A DNA stretch of 32,000 bases. Source: Candidatus Saccharimonadota bacterium. Its GTDB lineage: Bacteria; Patescibacteriota; Gracilibacteria; BD1-5; UBA2023. Below are positions 31,250 through 32,000 of this stretch, in pieces. Positions within the stretch are counted from its first letter, which is position 1; the number at the start of each line of letters is the position of its first letter. Below the pieces are notes generated by a model, which had not been told where the DNA came from, did not search any database, and worked only from the letters and a program-made list of their open reading frames with translations. The stretch spans positions 30,001-62,000 of the forward strand of contig BAAFHK010000003.1 in NCBI GenBank assembly GCA_042852035.1. Reading direction: 5' to 3'. Made by a program: the position numbers and the translations under genes.

Positions 31250-32000
31250 ATCAAAGGAATAGAGGGTGTGGTCTTGTTGGTCGAGAGATAAGCTCTGGAT
31301 GAGCCTGAGTTGCTATCATATATGGATGATTTCGAAGTTCAACCACCTCAGCAAGAGTTCCGTCTGGGGAAGTTGCCGAGACGATGAATCATTTTTCTTC
31401 CATTTGTTCTCGATATTCTGGATTAAATTCAAATCGATGCCGATGTCGTTCAAGAGCTATTGATGCTTCATACACTTTTTTTGCAAGAGTTCCATCACGG
31501 ATAGTACATTCATAAGCCCCAAGTCGCATATTCCCTCACTTTGTTGTGAGTCATTTTTGATGCTCCATGATGTGGATGATATTATTCTTTCCTTCTGGGG
31601 TAAACTCTTCACTTGAAGCATCATTTATGCCGAGTACATTTCGTGCAAATTCTATAGCCATAATTTGGGAGCCAAGGCACACTCCAAGATACGGGATATT
31701 ATTTTCTCTCGCGTATCGAGCAGTCATAATCATTCCTTCAGTGCCACGAGTTCCAAATCCACCGGGAATACATATACCATCAAATCATTTGAGAAGCTCG
31801 ATTCATTCATTTTCAATATCTTCTGCCTCAACAAATTCAAGCTTCACCTTCATTTGATGAGCATATCAAGCACATTTGAGTCACTCATTGAGTGAATAAT
31901 ATGCATCCTCAAGTCCAACGTACTTTCCTACCATTGCAACTCGAAGAACCTCTTTGGATGCATCAATATTTGCAAGAAGATTTTCCCATTTTTTCATATC
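31224..32000 (-). CDS. pyrG: CTP synthase, C-terminal glutamine amidotransferase part (N-terminus beyond the window)
   Basis: Translation: [22 protein letters not shown]..., [23 protein letters not shown] (Gly = TGA, plus-strand 31785-31787), [51 protein letters not shown]. The stop is TAG 31226-31224. Confidence 0.93.

Overview
AT-rich bacterial chromosomal segment, densely packed with genes, that only makes sense if TGA is read as glycine (translation table 25). That code is used by Gracilibacteria/BD1-5 and Absconditabacteria/SR1 (Patescibacteria/CPR). The supplied standard-code ORF track is therefore fragmented. I re-translated by hand using only TAA/TAG as stops and recovered 31 coding regions, one candidate small ORF or RNA unit, and one tRNA-Leu(CAG). 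There is no rRNA, CRISPR array, transposase or integrase.

Content:
- Type IV pilus genes: a prepilin-type pilin, a PilX-like minor pilin, and a PilT ATPase followed by a cNMP-binding/GAF-like sensor.
- A membrane-anchored sortase.
- A 1355-aa secreted LamG/DUF11-like surface protein.
- A membrane rhodanese next to a PEP-utilizing-enzyme-like protein.
- Housekeeping genes: an RluA-family pseudouridine synthase, pth, tlyA, yebC, a class B PBP, sanA, proS, proB, a partial pyrG, an S51 peptidase, a CYTH protein and a degenerate PriA-like protein.
- Several small or multi-pass membrane proteins, including a paralogous pair flanking a DUF805 gene.

Most notable observations:
1. The UGA-to-Gly recoding itself.
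2. A roughly 60% GC, promoter-to-terminator unit at about 19.2-19.5 kb that looks like an unidentified structured RNA or a foreign small gene.
3. A possible leaderless Pro-codon leader-peptide attenuator upstream of proB-proS-sanA.
4. A recurring arrangement of -10 boxes 5-8 nt from start codons, suggesting leaderless mRNAs.

All coordinates come from manual translation. No database searches or computed statistics were available.
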